Assembly (NCBI RefSeq): GCF_003367075.2
Contig: NZ_CP065936.1
Location: 630,001-662,000 of the forward strand
Direction: 5' to 3'
From: Cylindrospermopsis raciborskii Cr2010
GTDB taxonomy: Bacteria > Cyanobacteriota > Cyanobacteriia > Cyanobacteriales > Nostocaceae
Length of the DNA: 32,000 bases
Part shown: positions 1-9,494 of the stretch, piece by piece
Numbering within the stretch: the stretch's first letter is position 1
How the letters are laid out: the number at the start of each line of letters is the position of its first letter
Notes under the pieces: generated by a model
What the model saw: the letters and a program-made list of their open reading frames with translations, nothing else
What the model was told of the DNA's origin: nothing
Databases searched by the model: none
Translations under genes and position numbers: made by a program

Positions 1-288
1 GCAATTGCCCAAAGTTCAGAAACTATTGTGATTTATATGGGTATGCACAATCTTCCCTATATCCTGGAACAGTTGATGGGGGTAGGAATGAGTTCACAAA
101 CTCCTATTGCTTTAGTTCGCTGGGGAACTCGTCTGGAGCAGGAAGAATTAATCGGTGAGTTGGGAACCATTATTCAACAAGTGGCAAAAACGGGATTTAG
201 CGCTCCAGCTATAGCTGTTATTGGCTCAGTAGTAAAAATGCATGGTGTTTTATCCGTTCATCAGGGAGTTTTGAAACCGTCTAATTGA
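1..288 (+). CDS. cobA: uroporphyrinogen-III C-methyltransferase (SUMT), C-terminal fragment; the 5' end lies outside the window
   Basis: Frame 1 is open from base 1. The translation ...IVIYMGMHNLPYILEQL...TPIALVRWGT...SAPAIAVIGSVV matches the conserved C-terminal half of CobA/CysG-type SUMT. Confidence 0.8.
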   Translation, partial: AIAQSSETIVIYMGMHNLPYILEQLMGVGMSSQTPIALVRWGTRLEQEELIGELGTIIQQVAKTGFSAPAIAVIGSVVKMHGVLSVHQGVLKPSN

Positions 289-1207
289 TGTTTTCAAAAA
301 TCACTTTCATTAACTCATCTTGATTGAAGGGTTTACCCAAACAAGCAGTAGCTCCTACTAGTCTAGTTATAATTTTATTGATTAAGTTATTTTTCTTGGT
401 TACTAGGATTATTGGTATGCCTTTTGAAGAGAACTGTTTGCATAATAATAAACCAATACCATAGCTGCTGAGCTTGGGCATGGTTACATCCAGAATAATC
501 ATGTCCGGTCTGATGACAGAAACTCCCATCACATCTGGGTCTGTTATATCTATTATGTTAAATATTGTTTGATTTAATAGTTTTCTAATATAGTTTAACA
601 ATACTATATTTTGACTAGCACAAGCAATTGTATAGGTTGGGGAAAGATTTTGGGGATCCAGACCAGATTCTTCTCGGGAAACATGGATTTCTGATTTGTA
701 CTTTTGCACCAAGGAATTGACGTTCAAGTGGCAGAATTTGGGTAGGGGATCTAAAAAGCTTTGAGGAATAAATTCATAGCTCCCTTGGTCAATTTCAAAA
801 AATGATTCTAAAAACTCTAATACTAATTGTTCAATCAGTATCCCTGCCTCTACAAGGCTAATATACTGCTCATCCACTAACCAGCAAATGGCTAAATAGT
901 CCGCATGGGAAATAGTCTGATTTTGTACACATTGTTCCACAAAATTCTCTAACTGCTCATTAATCCTCATCAGATTAGAATTTTGCCAACTTAACCGCTG
1001 CAAATTTCGATAAATCGGCTCCCAGATGTTTTCTGACCGACTAGCGTAAACAAGGTGACCTTCTTGTAAATATATTGACCAGGTTCCAGAAGGGCTAAAA
1101 ACTTGCAAACAACCGGTGGTAGAGTCGTTGACAATTTTCACTAGTATAGATAGAGGTTGTATTTTTTGAAAAAATCTATATCTATTAATAGGGATAGTAG
1201 TTGACAT
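281..1207 (-). CDS. PatA-family protein: N-terminal PATAN/DUF4388-like domain plus C-terminal CheY-like receiver with a degenerate acidic pocket
   Basis: The N-terminal segment GCLQVFSPSGTWSIYLQEGHLVYA is typical of PATAN domains. The C-terminal receiver carries YTIACASQN...PDMIILDVTMP...PIILVTKK...CLGKPF. The ORF-track start at 1234 is a TTG; the ATG at 1207 (MSTTIPINRY) is more likely. The 3' end overlaps cobA by 8 nt (convergent genes). Confidence 0.7.
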   Translation of the reverse strand: MSTTIPINRYRFFQKIQPLSILVKIVNDSTTGCLQVFSPSGTWSIYLQEGHLVYASRSENIWEPIYRNLQRLSWQNSNLMRINEQLENFVEQCVQNQTISHADYLAICWLVDEQYISLVEAGILIEQLVLEFLESFFEIDQGSYEFIPQSFLDPLPKFCHLNVNSLVQKYKSEIHVSREESGLDPQNLSPTYTIACASQNIVLLNYIRKLLNQTIFNIIDITDPDVMGVSVIRPDMIILDVTMPKLSSYGIGLLLCKQFSSKGIPIILVTKKNNLINKIITRLVGATACLGKPFNQDELMKVIFENIN

Positions 1208-1310
1208 AATTTGTGAGTACGAGTGTAAATACAAAACTTAACAACACCTGTTAATTATTTCCTTTATCTTCTCTCCCCTATTTATAGCAAAATTAGCGTG
1301 GAATTTTGCT

Positions 1311-2291
1311 ATGATTTGCACAGGATGCTGGCAAAATGGCAAGAACATCGCAAATCACTATTCACTAATTGTGGTTAAAATTCATCTTTCTATTACGCAA
1401 AAAACCCAACGATTAGACCGTTATTTGTCATCTGTAATACCAGATCTATCTCGTTCTCGAATTCAAGACCTAATTGAACAAGGTTATGTCCAGGTAAATG
1501 GAAAAGTCTGTTACTCCAAGAATATTACCCTGGATGGGGGAGAATATCTGGAAGTAGAAATTCCCCCAGTGCAAGCTGCTCAACTAGTAGCACAAGATAT
1601 TCCCCTGGATATTCTCTACGAAGATGAACAATTACTAATTCTCAATAAACCCGCAGGTTTAGTGGTTCATCCAGCACCGGGTCATTTGGAAGGTACGCTA
1701 GTTCATGCTCTGTTGGCCCACTGTCCTAATTTACCAGGAATCGGAGGTGTGCAACGACCCGGTATTGTACATAGGCTTGACAAAGATACTACAGGAGCAA
1801 TTGCCATTGCAAAAACAGACATTGCTTACAAACAATTACAATTACAGTTACAATCTAAGATAGCAAGAAGGGAATATTTAGGAGTAGTTTATGGTGCGCC
1901 TAAAAGTGAAAGTGGGACAATAGACCTACCCATTGGTCGTCACCCTCAGCAGCGGAAAAAAATGGCCATAGTTCCAGTAGAGCAGGGAGGTAGAAATGCA
2001 ATTACTAACTGGCACATTAAAGAAAGATTAGGTAATTATACACTAATTTATTTTCAACTAGAAACTGGGCGTACCCATCAAATTAGAGTGCATAGTGCCA
2101 AAATGGGTCATCCTATAGTGGGGGATCCAGTATATAGTTCTGGTCGTTCCGTGGGGGTAAACTTGCCAGGACAAGCGTTACATGCTTGGCAACTGAAACT
2201 ACAACATCCCACTTCTGGAGAATGGGTAGAAGTAACCGCTCCACTTCCTGATAGCTTGACAAAATTAATCGAGGTTTTACGTCGACGCTGA
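1311..2291 (+). CDS. rluD: RluA-family 23S rRNA pseudouridine synthase (RluD-like) with an S4 RNA-binding domain
   Basis: S4-like RLDRYLSS...SRSRIQDLIEQGYVQVNGK and catalytic motif HRLDKDTTGAIAIAKT...GRTHQIRVH. An alternative in-frame GTG start lies at 1371. Confidence 0.9.
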   Translation: MICTGCWQNGKNIANHYSLIVVKIHLSITQKTQRLDRYLSSVIPDLSRSRIQDLIEQGYVQVNGKVCYSKNITLDGGEYLEVEIPPVQAAQLVAQDIPLDILYEDEQLLILNKPAGLVVHPAPGHLEGTLVHALLAHCPNLPGIGGVQRPGIVHRLDKDTTGAIAIAKTDIAYKQLQLQLQSKIARREYLGVVYGAPKSESGTIDLPIGRHPQQRKKMAIVPVEQGGRNAITNWHIKERLGNYTLIYFQLETGRTHQIRVHSAKMGHPIVGDPVYSSGRSVGVNLPGQALHAWQLKLQHPTSGEWVEVTAPLPDSLTKLIEVLRRR

Positions 2292-2864
2292 GAGATTGGC
2301 TAAAGATGGAGGAATATGGCGAAATATCTCGAAATGTAAAATTTACAATGTCTAGTTCACATTAGTTAATAATGACCACCCTATCCAGATAGGCCAGGAA
2401 CATCAATCCAGTTCAGTCTTGATAGATTTTTACGGAATTCTTAAATTAGTATAAAGGGGACAAAATTCGCCAAATTCTGGAAACTTCATGAAGTTATGTA
2501 ACAAACTCGAGAAACTTTTAGGGGATCTAAGCCTTGTAGATAAAGGGTTTTGGAGGTTTTCTCTCTCTTGACTCATTTATTCATAAATTGTAACAAATAA
2601 AGTATCTATGGCATTGTATAAACTAATCAGAAAGGGGTTCAAAACCAGAGCAAAGTTAAATAAGACAACCAATCGGGTTGAGTTAGCTGGCTTCTCATAA
2701 AATTCCCTGTGGTTCTCAGAATTTCAGTCTGGAGCTAGACGAAACACCAAGACACAGGGGATAGGGAGAAGGTTGGCGCTAATGAGCTCAAAGTTTTTGA
2801 TCATTCATCCCCGGTTGTTTTGATCAGCCCATCTCTCAACTAAGTAATTAGGAGATTAGAGTCC

Positions 2865-3386
2865 ATGACATTAGATGTATTTTCCAAGGTTGTTTCCCAA
2901 GCTGACGCCAGAGGCGAATTTTTGAGCACTGAACAGTTAGACGCTTTAGCAGCAGTTGTAGCTTCCGGCAGCAAACGTCTAGATACTGTTAACCGTATTA
3001 CAAGCAATGCTTCTGCTATCGTTACCGATGCTGCTCGTGCACTGTTTGAAGAACAGCCCCAACTAATTGCTCCTGGTGGTAATGCTTATACCAACCGTCG
3101 CATGGCTGCTTGTCTGCGCGATATGGAAATCATCTTACGCTATGTTACCTACGCTGCATTAGCTGGTGACGCTAGTGTTCTCGATGACCGTTGCTTGAAT
3201 GGCTTACGCGAAACCTATATAGCTTTGGGTACTCCTGGTGCATCCGTAGCTGTTGGTGTTGGCAAAATGAAAGAAGCTGCAATCAAGATAGTTAACGATC
3301 CCAATGGTATTACCAAGGGCGATTGCAGTCAGATAGTTTCTGAATTGGCTGGCTACTTTGATCGTGCAGCAGCAGCTGTTGCGTAA
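2865..3386 (+). CDS. cpcB: C-phycocyanin beta subunit
   Basis: 173 aa: [21 protein letters not shown]...[18 protein letters not shown]...GDCS. A GGAG sits 10 nt upstream of the ATG. Followed by cpcA. Confidence 0.97.
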   Translation: MTLDVFSKVVSQADARGEFLSTEQLDALAAVVASGSKRLDTVNRITSNASAIVTDAARALFEEQPQLIAPGGNAYTNRRMAACLRDMEIILRYVTYAALAGDASVLDDRCLNGLRETYIALGTPGASVAVGVGKMKEAAIKIVNDPNGITKGDCSQIVSELAGYFDRAAAAVA

Positions 3387-3483
3387 TTACCTATTCAACT
3401 ACAAGTAGTTCAGAAGCTAGAAATCCTAGTTCTGCTTTATTACTCCCAACAAGATACGAAACCAATCAAGGAGAAAATTAACC

Positions 3484-3972
3484 ATGAAAACCCCCATTAC
3501 CGAAGCTATTGCAGCTGCTGATACCCAAGGACGCTTTTTGAGCAATACCGAATTACAAGCAGTTAACGGTCGTTTTGTACGTGCTGCTGCCAGCATGGAA
3601 GCCGCCCGTGGCTTAACAGCTAATGCTCAAAAACTAATTGATGGTGCTACCAACGCTGTATACCAAAAGTTCCCCTACACCACCTCCACTCCCGGGGCTC
3701 AGTATGCTGCTGATTCTCGTGGTAAATCCAAGTGCGCTCGTGACGTTGGTCACTACCTCCGCATTGTTACTTATAGCTTAGTTGCTGGTGGCACAGGTCC
3801 TTTGGATGAGTTCCTGATTGCTGGTTTGGCTGAAATCAACGGTGCTTTTAACCTATCCCCCAGCTGGTATGTGGAAGCTTTAAAATATATCAAAGCTAAC
3901 CATGGATTGAGCGGTCAAGCTGCTAATGAAGCTAATACCTACATTGACTACGCTATCAACGCTCTAAGCTAG
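3484..3972 (+). CDS. cpcA: C-phycocyanin alpha subunit
   Basis: 162 aa: [20 protein letters not shown]...[27 protein letters not shown]. Canonical CpcA sequence, downstream of cpcB. Confidence 0.97.
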   Translation: MKTPITEAIAAADTQGRFLSNTELQAVNGRFVRAAASMEAARGLTANAQKLIDGATNAVYQKFPYTTSTPGAQYAADSRGKSKCARDVGHYLRIVTYSLVAGGTGPLDEFLIAGLAEINGAFNLSPSWYVEALKYIKANHGLSGQAANEANTYIDYAINALS

Positions 3973-4133
3973 ATAGATCCTTGCCCGGAGAGGGGTACAA
4001 GTGCTGGATGAGAAGATCCCTTTGGGGTTTAGTCAGTTGTGCGTGGGGAAGTGAGATTCCTGCGACTGAATCACCTAGCAGTTGAATCTCGCTCCGGGCA
4101 TAGTTTTATGTATAAATAACCAAGGGGAAAACA

Positions 4134-4994
4134 ATGGCAATTACAACAGCAGCGTCTAGACTGGGAACAGAACCATTTAGCGAAGCGCGTCGGGTTGAGC
4201 TGCGCCCCAGTGCCAGTCGCGAAGAGGTGGAATTGGTTATTAGAACAGCCTATCGGCAAGTATTAGGTAATGACTATATACTAGCTTCGGATAGACTTGT
4301 CAGTGCGGAGTCACTTTTGCGTGATGGCAATTTGACCGTTCGTGAGTTCGTAAGAGCGATCGCTAAATCTGAACTCTACAAAGTAAAGTTCTTCTATAAC
4401 AGCTTTCAGACCAGACTGATAGAGCTGAACTATAAACACCTGTTGGGTAGGGCTCCATTGGATGAGTCAGAAGTGGTATACCACTTAGACTTATATAACA
4501 ACAAAGGGTACGATGCAGAAATCGACTCTTACATAGATTCAGTGGAGTATCAAAACAACTTTGGAGAAAATATAGTTCCCTACTATCGGGGGTTTGATTT
4601 TCAACCAGGGCAAACCAGTGTGGGATTTACACGGATGTTCAGATTATACCGTGGATATGCCAACAGCGACACAGCCCAGGTAGAGGGAAGCAAATCCAGA
4701 TTAGCCAGGGAACTTGCTGGTAAGAAAGCATCTTCCATAGTTGGTCCATCAGGAAGTAATGACAACTGGTCATTCCGTCCATCAGCAGACAATGCTCCCA
4801 AACAGAATTTGGGTAATGCTGTGGGGCAATCTGATCGCGTTTACCGAATTGAAGTAGCAGGCATTCGCAGTCCAGGATACCCCAGCGTGCGCCGCAGCAG
4901 CACAGCATTCATAGTACCTTACGAGCGTCTTTCTGACAAGATTCAGCAAATTCACAAACAAGGTGGAAAAATCGTCAGTATTACAGCCACGTAA
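4134..4994 (+). CDS. cpcC: phycobilisome rod linker polypeptide (L_R, CpcC type)
   Basis: 286 aa with a PBS-linker domain ([10 protein letters not shown]...[14 protein letters not shown]...[10 protein letters not shown]...[17 protein letters not shown]) plus a C-terminal CpcD-like domain (RVYRIEVAG...[24 protein letters not shown]). Confidence 0.93.
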   Translation: MAITTAASRLGTEPFSEARRVELRPSASREEVELVIRTAYRQVLGNDYILASDRLVSAESLLRDGNLTVREFVRAIAKSELYKVKFFYNSFQTRLIELNYKHLLGRAPLDESEVVYHLDLYNNKGYDAEIDSYIDSVEYQNNFGENIVPYYRGFDFQPGQTSVGFTRMFRLYRGYANSDTAQVEGSKSRLARELAGKKASSIVGPSGSNDNWSFRPSADNAPKQNLGNAVGQSDRVYRIEVAGIRSPGYPSVRRSSTAFIVPYERLSDKIQQIHKQGGKIVSITAT

Positions 4995-5037
4995 GGTAAG
5001 TAGTTGATATTACCCATGAAGAGGAGATAGAGAGGTA

Positions 5038-5280
5038 ATGTTTGGTCAAACAACACTAGGTGCTAGTAGCGTTTCTTCATCTGCAAGTCGTGTATTTCGT
5101 TACGAAGTTGTAGGGTTGAAACAAAACCAAGAAACGGACAAGAACAAATTCAGCATCAGACGCAGTGGTAGTGTGTTTATTACAGTGCCCTACAGTCGGA
5201 TGACAGAAGAAATGCAGCGGATCAACCGACTGGGTGGCAAAATCGTCAAAATTGAAGCCCTGACAGCAGCAGAATCCTAA
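5038..5280 (+). CDS. cpcD: phycobilisome small rod-capping linker (L_R 8-9 kDa)
   Basis: 80 aa CpcD domain: RVFRYEVVGL...ITVPYSRMTEEMQRINRLGGKIVKI. Lies between cpcC and cpcE. Confidence 0.9.
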   Translation: MFGQTTLGASSVSSSASRVFRYEVVGLKQNQETDKNKFSIRRSGSVFITVPYSRMTEEMQRINRLGGKIVKIEALTAAES

Positions 5281-5287
5281 ATACCTG

Positions 5288-6115
5288 GTGATGATAGAAC
5301 CCAGTATATCCGAAGTATCTCCGGAAAGTGGGGCACAGTTGACACCAGAGCAAGCCATAGCTAATCTGCAATCATCGGATTTAAGTCTCCGCTATTATGC
5401 CGCCTGGTGGTTGGGTAAGTTCCGTATTAATCAGCCAGAAGCTATAGAGGCGCTAATCAAAGCCTTAACAGATGAAGCTGATAGAACGGAGTTGGGGGGG
5501 TATCCACTCCGACGCAATGCAGCCAGAGCTTTAGGTAAATTAGGGAGTTCCCAGGCTATAGAGGGATTGATTAGTTCCTTAAACTGTGAAGACTTTTATG
5601 TGCGAGAAGCAGCAGCTGAGTCTTTAGCCATGCTTAACGCCAAAACCGCAGTACCGGAACTGATAAAAATGCTAGGTGGGGGTTTGGCCCAAGCTGTGCA
5701 AGTGCCAGGTCGTCCCCATCTAGTTCAACCCTATGAAGCAGTATTAGAGGCTTTGGGTTCTCTTGGTGCGACTGAGGCCATTGGTCTAGTTGAACCCTTT
5801 TTAGAGCATTCCGTTCCCCGAGTAAAATGTGCCGCTGCTAGGGCCATGTATCAACTCACCCAAGATTCCCAATATGGGGAATACTTGGTGGAAATGCTAC
5901 GAAACAGCGACCTGAAATTGCAAAGGGTGATTTTGGGTGATTTGGGGGCAATTGGCTATATAGGTGCTGCGGAAGCGATTTTCCAAGGCAAGGCGGAAAA
6001 TAGCTTTAAACTCATGGCATTAAAGGGATTGTTGGAACATCATTTAAAAGATGTGTCACAAGGTATTTCTGAGTCAGCAATTCTGGTCATGAATCTTATG
6101 GACTCACTTTTATAG
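5288..6115 (+). CDS. cpcE: phycocyanobilin lyase subunit CpcE (HEAT-repeat protein)
   Basis: 275 aa: LRYYAAWWLGKFR...RRNAARALGKLG...VREAAAESLAML, repeated HEAT-like units. Operon position is after cpcD. Confidence 0.9.
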   Translation: MMIEPSISEVSPESGAQLTPEQAIANLQSSDLSLRYYAAWWLGKFRINQPEAIEALIKALTDEADRTELGGYPLRRNAARALGKLGSSQAIEGLISSLNCEDFYVREAAAESLAMLNAKTAVPELIKMLGGGLAQAVQVPGRPHLVQPYEAVLEALGSLGATEAIGLVEPFLEHSVPRVKCAAARAMYQLTQDSQYGEYLVEMLRNSDLKLQRVILGDLGAIGYIGAAEAIFQGKAENSFKLMALKGLLEHHLKDVSQGISESAILVMNLMDSLL

Positions 6116-6178
6116 TCACTAAGTAGGGAGGCATAATTATTTGTAGGATTGGTTAGTGGTAGGGTAACTCGTGGGGGC

Positions 6179-6205
6179 GTTGGGTTTCGCACTCCTCAAC
6201 CCAAC
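6179..6205. repeat. short GC-rich hairpin element in the cpcE-cpcF spacer
   Basis: GTTGGGTT (6179-6186) and AACCCAAC (6198-6205) are perfect complements around the 11-nt loop TCGCACTCCTC, followed by CTACG. From memory, the word ...GTTGGGTTTCG...CTCAACCCAACCTAC resembles a small dispersed repeat of filamentous cyanobacteria. Confidence 0.6.
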
Positions 6206-6272
6206 CTACGTTCATGTTTAATTCCACTCACCCACTTAGTTCTTATTGACCTTTGAAAAATTACCTAGCATA

Positions 6273-6923
6273 ATGACCCAGGAATTAATTGGTGCATTGG
6301 GTGGGGTGGAGCAATTAAATCAGTTAATTGATGCGGTTAATCAGGCTGAAACACCACTTGAAATGGTAACAGCAGTCAGAAACCTAGCTGCTGCCAAAAG
6401 TCCCGCTGCTATTGCCACCCTAATTGCCGTCTTTGGCTATAATAACCCACCAGCAGCAGGAGTGGCCCTAGCCGCACTTACCGACTTAGGAACAGTAGCA
6501 GTCCCTAGCCTGCTCGCACAAATAGATGATTATAACTATGGCGCACGGGCTTATTCGATTCGCACTCTAGCTGCGATCGCAGATCCCCGTGCTTTAGATG
6601 TATTGATCACTGCTGGGGTGACAGATTTTGCGCCCAGTGTGCGTCGTGCTGCAGCCAAAGGGCTAGGAAACTTAAACTGGTCCCAATTGGGGGATAATGA
6701 ACGTGATTTAGCTATAGAACGAGCTTTGGAGGCACTATTGTTAATTTACCAGGATACAGACTGGTCAATTCGGTATGCAGCCATTGTGGGACTGGAATAC
6801 CTAGGAAAAACCAGAAGGGAGACAATCTTGAACAAATTCCGAGAAATGATAGCTAATGAGGAAGAAAAAAGTATCAGGATTCGGATTCAATTGGCGACCA
6901 GTAAGGTAACTAGAGATAATTAA
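6273..6923 (+). CDS. cpcF: phycocyanobilin lyase subunit CpcF (HEAT-repeat protein)
   Basis: HEAT-like repeats (VRNLAAAKSPAAIATLI...ARAYSIRTLAAIADPRALDVL...SVRRAAAKGLGNL...IRYAAIVGLEYLG). The ORF-track start at 6246 is a TTG; I prefer the in-frame ATG at 6273 (MTQELIGALGG). Confidence 0.85.
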   Translation: MTQELIGALGGVEQLNQLIDAVNQAETPLEMVTAVRNLAAAKSPAAIATLIAVFGYNNPPAAGVALAALTDLGTVAVPSLLAQIDDYNYGARAYSIRTLAAIADPRALDVLITAGVTDFAPSVRRAAAKGLGNLNWSQLGDNERDLAIERALEALLLIYQDTDWSIRYAAIVGLEYLGKTRRETILNKFREMIANEEEKSIRIRIQLATSKVTRDN

Positions 6924-6945
6924 CGATGATTAAAAAGGTAAAAAG

Positions 6946-7785
6946 ATGTCAATACCATTGTTAGAATACTCACCTTCATCACAAAATCAGCGTGTAGAAG
7001 GGTATGAAGTTGCAAATGAAGACACACCCACGGTGTACAAGCTAAATTATGCCACATCAGATCAAGAAATTGATGAGATTATTTGGGCATCATACAGACA
7101 AGTTTTCAGCGAGCATCTGATTTTAACCAGCTATCGGCAAAAGTTTTTAGAATCTCAACTGCGGAATCGGGCAATTAATGTTAGGGACTTCATTAGAGGT
7201 TTAGGAAAATCCGAAGTTTTTCGTACTCAAATAGCAGAAGTTAACTCTAACTATCGGTTAGTAGATATTATCCTGCAGAGATTTTTAGGTAGAAAAGCCT
7301 ACAATAGGGAAGAAGAGATAGCCTGGTCTATAGTAATTGGCACTAAAGGCGTACATGGATTTATTGATGCCCTATTGGAATCTGAAGAGTACATAAACAA
7401 CTTTGGTGATGATATAGTACCCTATCAACGGAGAAGATTTGGGTCACGTCCTTTTAATCTGGTAAATCCTCGCTATAGCTCCTATTGGCGAGATACCCAA
7501 AGTATGCGTGTCCTAGATTATCGTTCCTTCTACAGTGCTCGCACTTATGGTACCGCCACCTCCGAGGATATTCGGAAATCGATTCCAGCTAACTTCTTTG
7601 CCATGGCGGGAAAAATCATTACTCCCGAGCGTAATTACCAAAGAACAATTGCTTCAGTTACTACCCAAATTGGATCCCTGGAAATTCCGGATACATCTAG
7701 GGAAGTTTCCACCCCAGAGGTGACTATTAAACCAGTAGCAGTATCTTTACCCTACAGCTATATCCCACCCATCTCCAAAAATTAG
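6946..7785 (+). CDS. cpcG1: phycobilisome rod-core linker CpcG, paralog 1
   Basis: 279 aa: [22 protein letters not shown]...[13 protein letters not shown]...[14 protein letters not shown]...[15 protein letters not shown]...[16 protein letters not shown]. Confidence 0.9.
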   Translation: MSIPLLEYSPSSQNQRVEGYEVANEDTPTVYKLNYATSDQEIDEIIWASYRQVFSEHLILTSYRQKFLESQLRNRAINVRDFIRGLGKSEVFRTQIAEVNSNYRLVDIILQRFLGRKAYNREEEIAWSIVIGTKGVHGFIDALLESEEYINNFGDDIVPYQRRRFGSRPFNLVNPRYSSYWRDTQSMRVLDYRSFYSARTYGTATSEDIRKSIPANFFAMAGKIITPERNYQRTIASVTTQIGSLEIPDTSREVSTPEVTIKPVAVSLPYSYIPPISKN

Positions 7786-7818
7786 TCATTAGTTAACCAA
7801 CAAAAACAACCCCCTAAT

Positions 7819-8562
7819 ATGGCCATACCCCCACTCCAATACAAACCCAGTTCTCAAAATCAAAGAGTAGCTGGTTACGAAGTACCTAATGAAGACACCC
7901 CCAGAATTTACCGTATAGAAGATTATGCTTTTACTGGTGAGGTGGAAGAGTTAATTTGGGCAGCTTATAGACAATTGTTTAGCGAACATGTAATTCTCAA
8001 ATTCTACCGTCAAGGCAATTTAGAATCCCAGTTAAAAAACAAAGCCATCACCGTGCGGGACTTCGTTCGGGGTTTGGCCAAATCCCAAGCTTTTGACGAT
8101 TTAGTCATTAAGACCAATTCCAATTATCGGTTGGTAGAAATTGCACTGAAACGGTTATTAGGTCGTGCTCCTTATAACAAAGAGGAAGAAATCGCTTGGT
8201 CGATTAAAATTGCCACCAACGGTTGGGATGGTTTTGTAGATGCTCTGGTAGATTCAGAGGAATATCAAAACAGTTTCGGTGAAAACATTATTCCTTACCA
8301 AAGACGGCGCTACAAAGATAGACCCTTTAATTTAGTTACACCTCGTTACGCCAACTACTGGCGCGATAAGATAGAAGCAGGACGTTACAAGCCTGGTAGC
8401 ATTAGTGACTTTATGAAAATGGCTGCTTCCGTGAGTATCAGAACTGTCACTTATACACCTGTGAACACAGCTAACATTGCAATTCCTAAGACCACCAGGG
8501 AAACAGTACCTACAGGCATACCTGTGTCTATTAGCCCCAGTGCTAACTTCCCCGTCAAATAA
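7819..8562 (+). CDS. cpcG2: phycobilisome rod-core linker CpcG, paralog 2
   Basis: 247 aa: [22 protein letters not shown]...[13 protein letters not shown]...[14 protein letters not shown]...[16 protein letters not shown]. Confidence 0.9.
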   Translation: MAIPPLQYKPSSQNQRVAGYEVPNEDTPRIYRIEDYAFTGEVEELIWAAYRQLFSEHVILKFYRQGNLESQLKNKAITVRDFVRGLAKSQAFDDLVIKTNSNYRLVEIALKRLLGRAPYNKEEEIAWSIKIATNGWDGFVDALVDSEEYQNSFGENIIPYQRRRYKDRPFNLVTPRYANYWRDKIEAGRYKPGSISDFMKMAASVSIRTVTYTPVNTANIAIPKTTRETVPTGIPVSISPSANFPVK

Positions 8563-8631
8563 ATCCCCTAGGTGTGTAACCTAATGGGGGAAAATAATTA
8601 AAGTCAAATTTATCAATCAGAGGAATACAGC

Positions 8632-9393
8632 ATGGTACTGCCATTACTTCAATACAAACCTACTACTCAAAACCACCGTGTTAGCAGTTTCGGTGTTGCC
8701 GATCAAAATGAGGATACACCTTACATCTACCGTTTGGAGGATGTAAGTTCTTATACTGACATTCAATCTATTATCTGGGCATCCTATCGTCAGGTTTTCA
8801 GCGAACACGAGATTTTAAAATTTAACCGCCAAATCACTTTAGAGTCTCAACTCAAGACAGGTTCTTTGTCCGTTAGGGATTTTATTCGTGGGTTAGCCAA
8901 GTCTGAAGCTTTTTATCGTCTAGTTGTTTCGGTTAATAACAACTATCGTTTAGTAGATATTACCCTCAGACGCCTACTAGGTCGTTCCGCTTACAACAAA
9001 GAAGAGGAGATAGCTTGGTCAATTGTCATTGGTACCAAGGGATTTAGTGGTTTTGTTGATGCTTTAGTTGATAGTGAAGAATATACTTCAAGTTTTGGTG
9101 ACAATACAGTACCTTACCAGCGCAAACGGATGGAAGGTCGTCCCTATAATTTAGTCACACCTCGTTATGGTGAGGACTTCCAAGAAACTGCGGGCACGGT
9201 CAGAACAGATTGGCGCTTTGTTTTGGCAAACTTCTACAGCGAGAAAGCCAAAGCAAAACGTCTCAAAGAAGGCGATCCAGGCAGATTTGCAGCTATGGCA
9301 GCTTCTGTGTCTGGTAAGGGCAATTATGCTCAAAGAATCTCTTCTTTTGATATTGACTATTTGAGTGCTGTTCCCTATCGCGGTAGACGCTAA
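8632..9393 (+). CDS. cpcG: phycobilisome rod-core linker CpcG, paralog 3
   Basis: 253 aa: [37 protein letters not shown]...[16 protein letters not shown]...[14 protein letters not shown]...[12 protein letters not shown]. The C-terminus is not hydrophobic. Confidence 0.9.
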   Translation: MVLPLLQYKPTTQNHRVSSFGVADQNEDTPYIYRLEDVSSYTDIQSIIWASYRQVFSEHEILKFNRQITLESQLKTGSLSVRDFIRGLAKSEAFYRLVVSVNNNYRLVDITLRRLLGRSAYNKEEEIAWSIVIGTKGFSGFVDALVDSEEYTSSFGDNTVPYQRKRMEGRPYNLVTPRYGEDFQETAGTVRTDWRFVLANFYSEKAKAKRLKEGDPGRFAAMAASVSGKGNYAQRISSFDIDYLSAVPYRGRR

Positions 9394-9431
9394 AATCAGC
9401 TGGTTGTATCCGGGATAAAGTTGATTCCACG

Positions 9432-9472
9432 GACTCCATAGCTCCTGCGGATAAATGGGCAGTTATGGAGTC
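9432..9472 (+). terminator. candidate stem-loop at the 3' end of the cpc operon
   Basis: GACTCCATA (9432-9440) pairs with TATGGAGTC (9464-9472). An inner CTGC/GCAG pair lies at 9445-9448 and 9459-9462. It starts 39 nt after the cpcG stop. There is no clean U-tract, so the call is weak. Confidence 0.3.
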
Positions 9473-9494
9473 TTACGTGTAAGATATCGAAATT

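Noticed and set aside
281-288. Convergent gene-end overlaps (cobA/PatA-like, 8 nt; also 18326-18335, 10 nt)
   Set aside because: Short 3'-3' overlaps are common in compact bacterial genomes and are not evidence of anything unusual.
4071-4259. 62-aa Cys-rich ORF on the minus strand spanning the cpcA-cpcC spacer and the cpcC start
   Set aside because: It overlaps the well-supported cpcC start and the structured spacer. It has an implausible composition (CCCNCHC run) and no ribosome-binding context. It is most likely a reading-frame artefact.
6223-6232. 10-mer TCCACTCACC, preceded by AATTCC and a GC hairpin, shared between the cpcE-cpcF spacer and the lepA-GT4 spacer (25143-25152, after hairpin GGGGG-AGCAAAA-CCCCC)
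   Set aside because: A shared 10-mer is expected by chance many times in 32 kb. The hairpins themselves are unrelated in sequence. This is not enough to call a repeat family.
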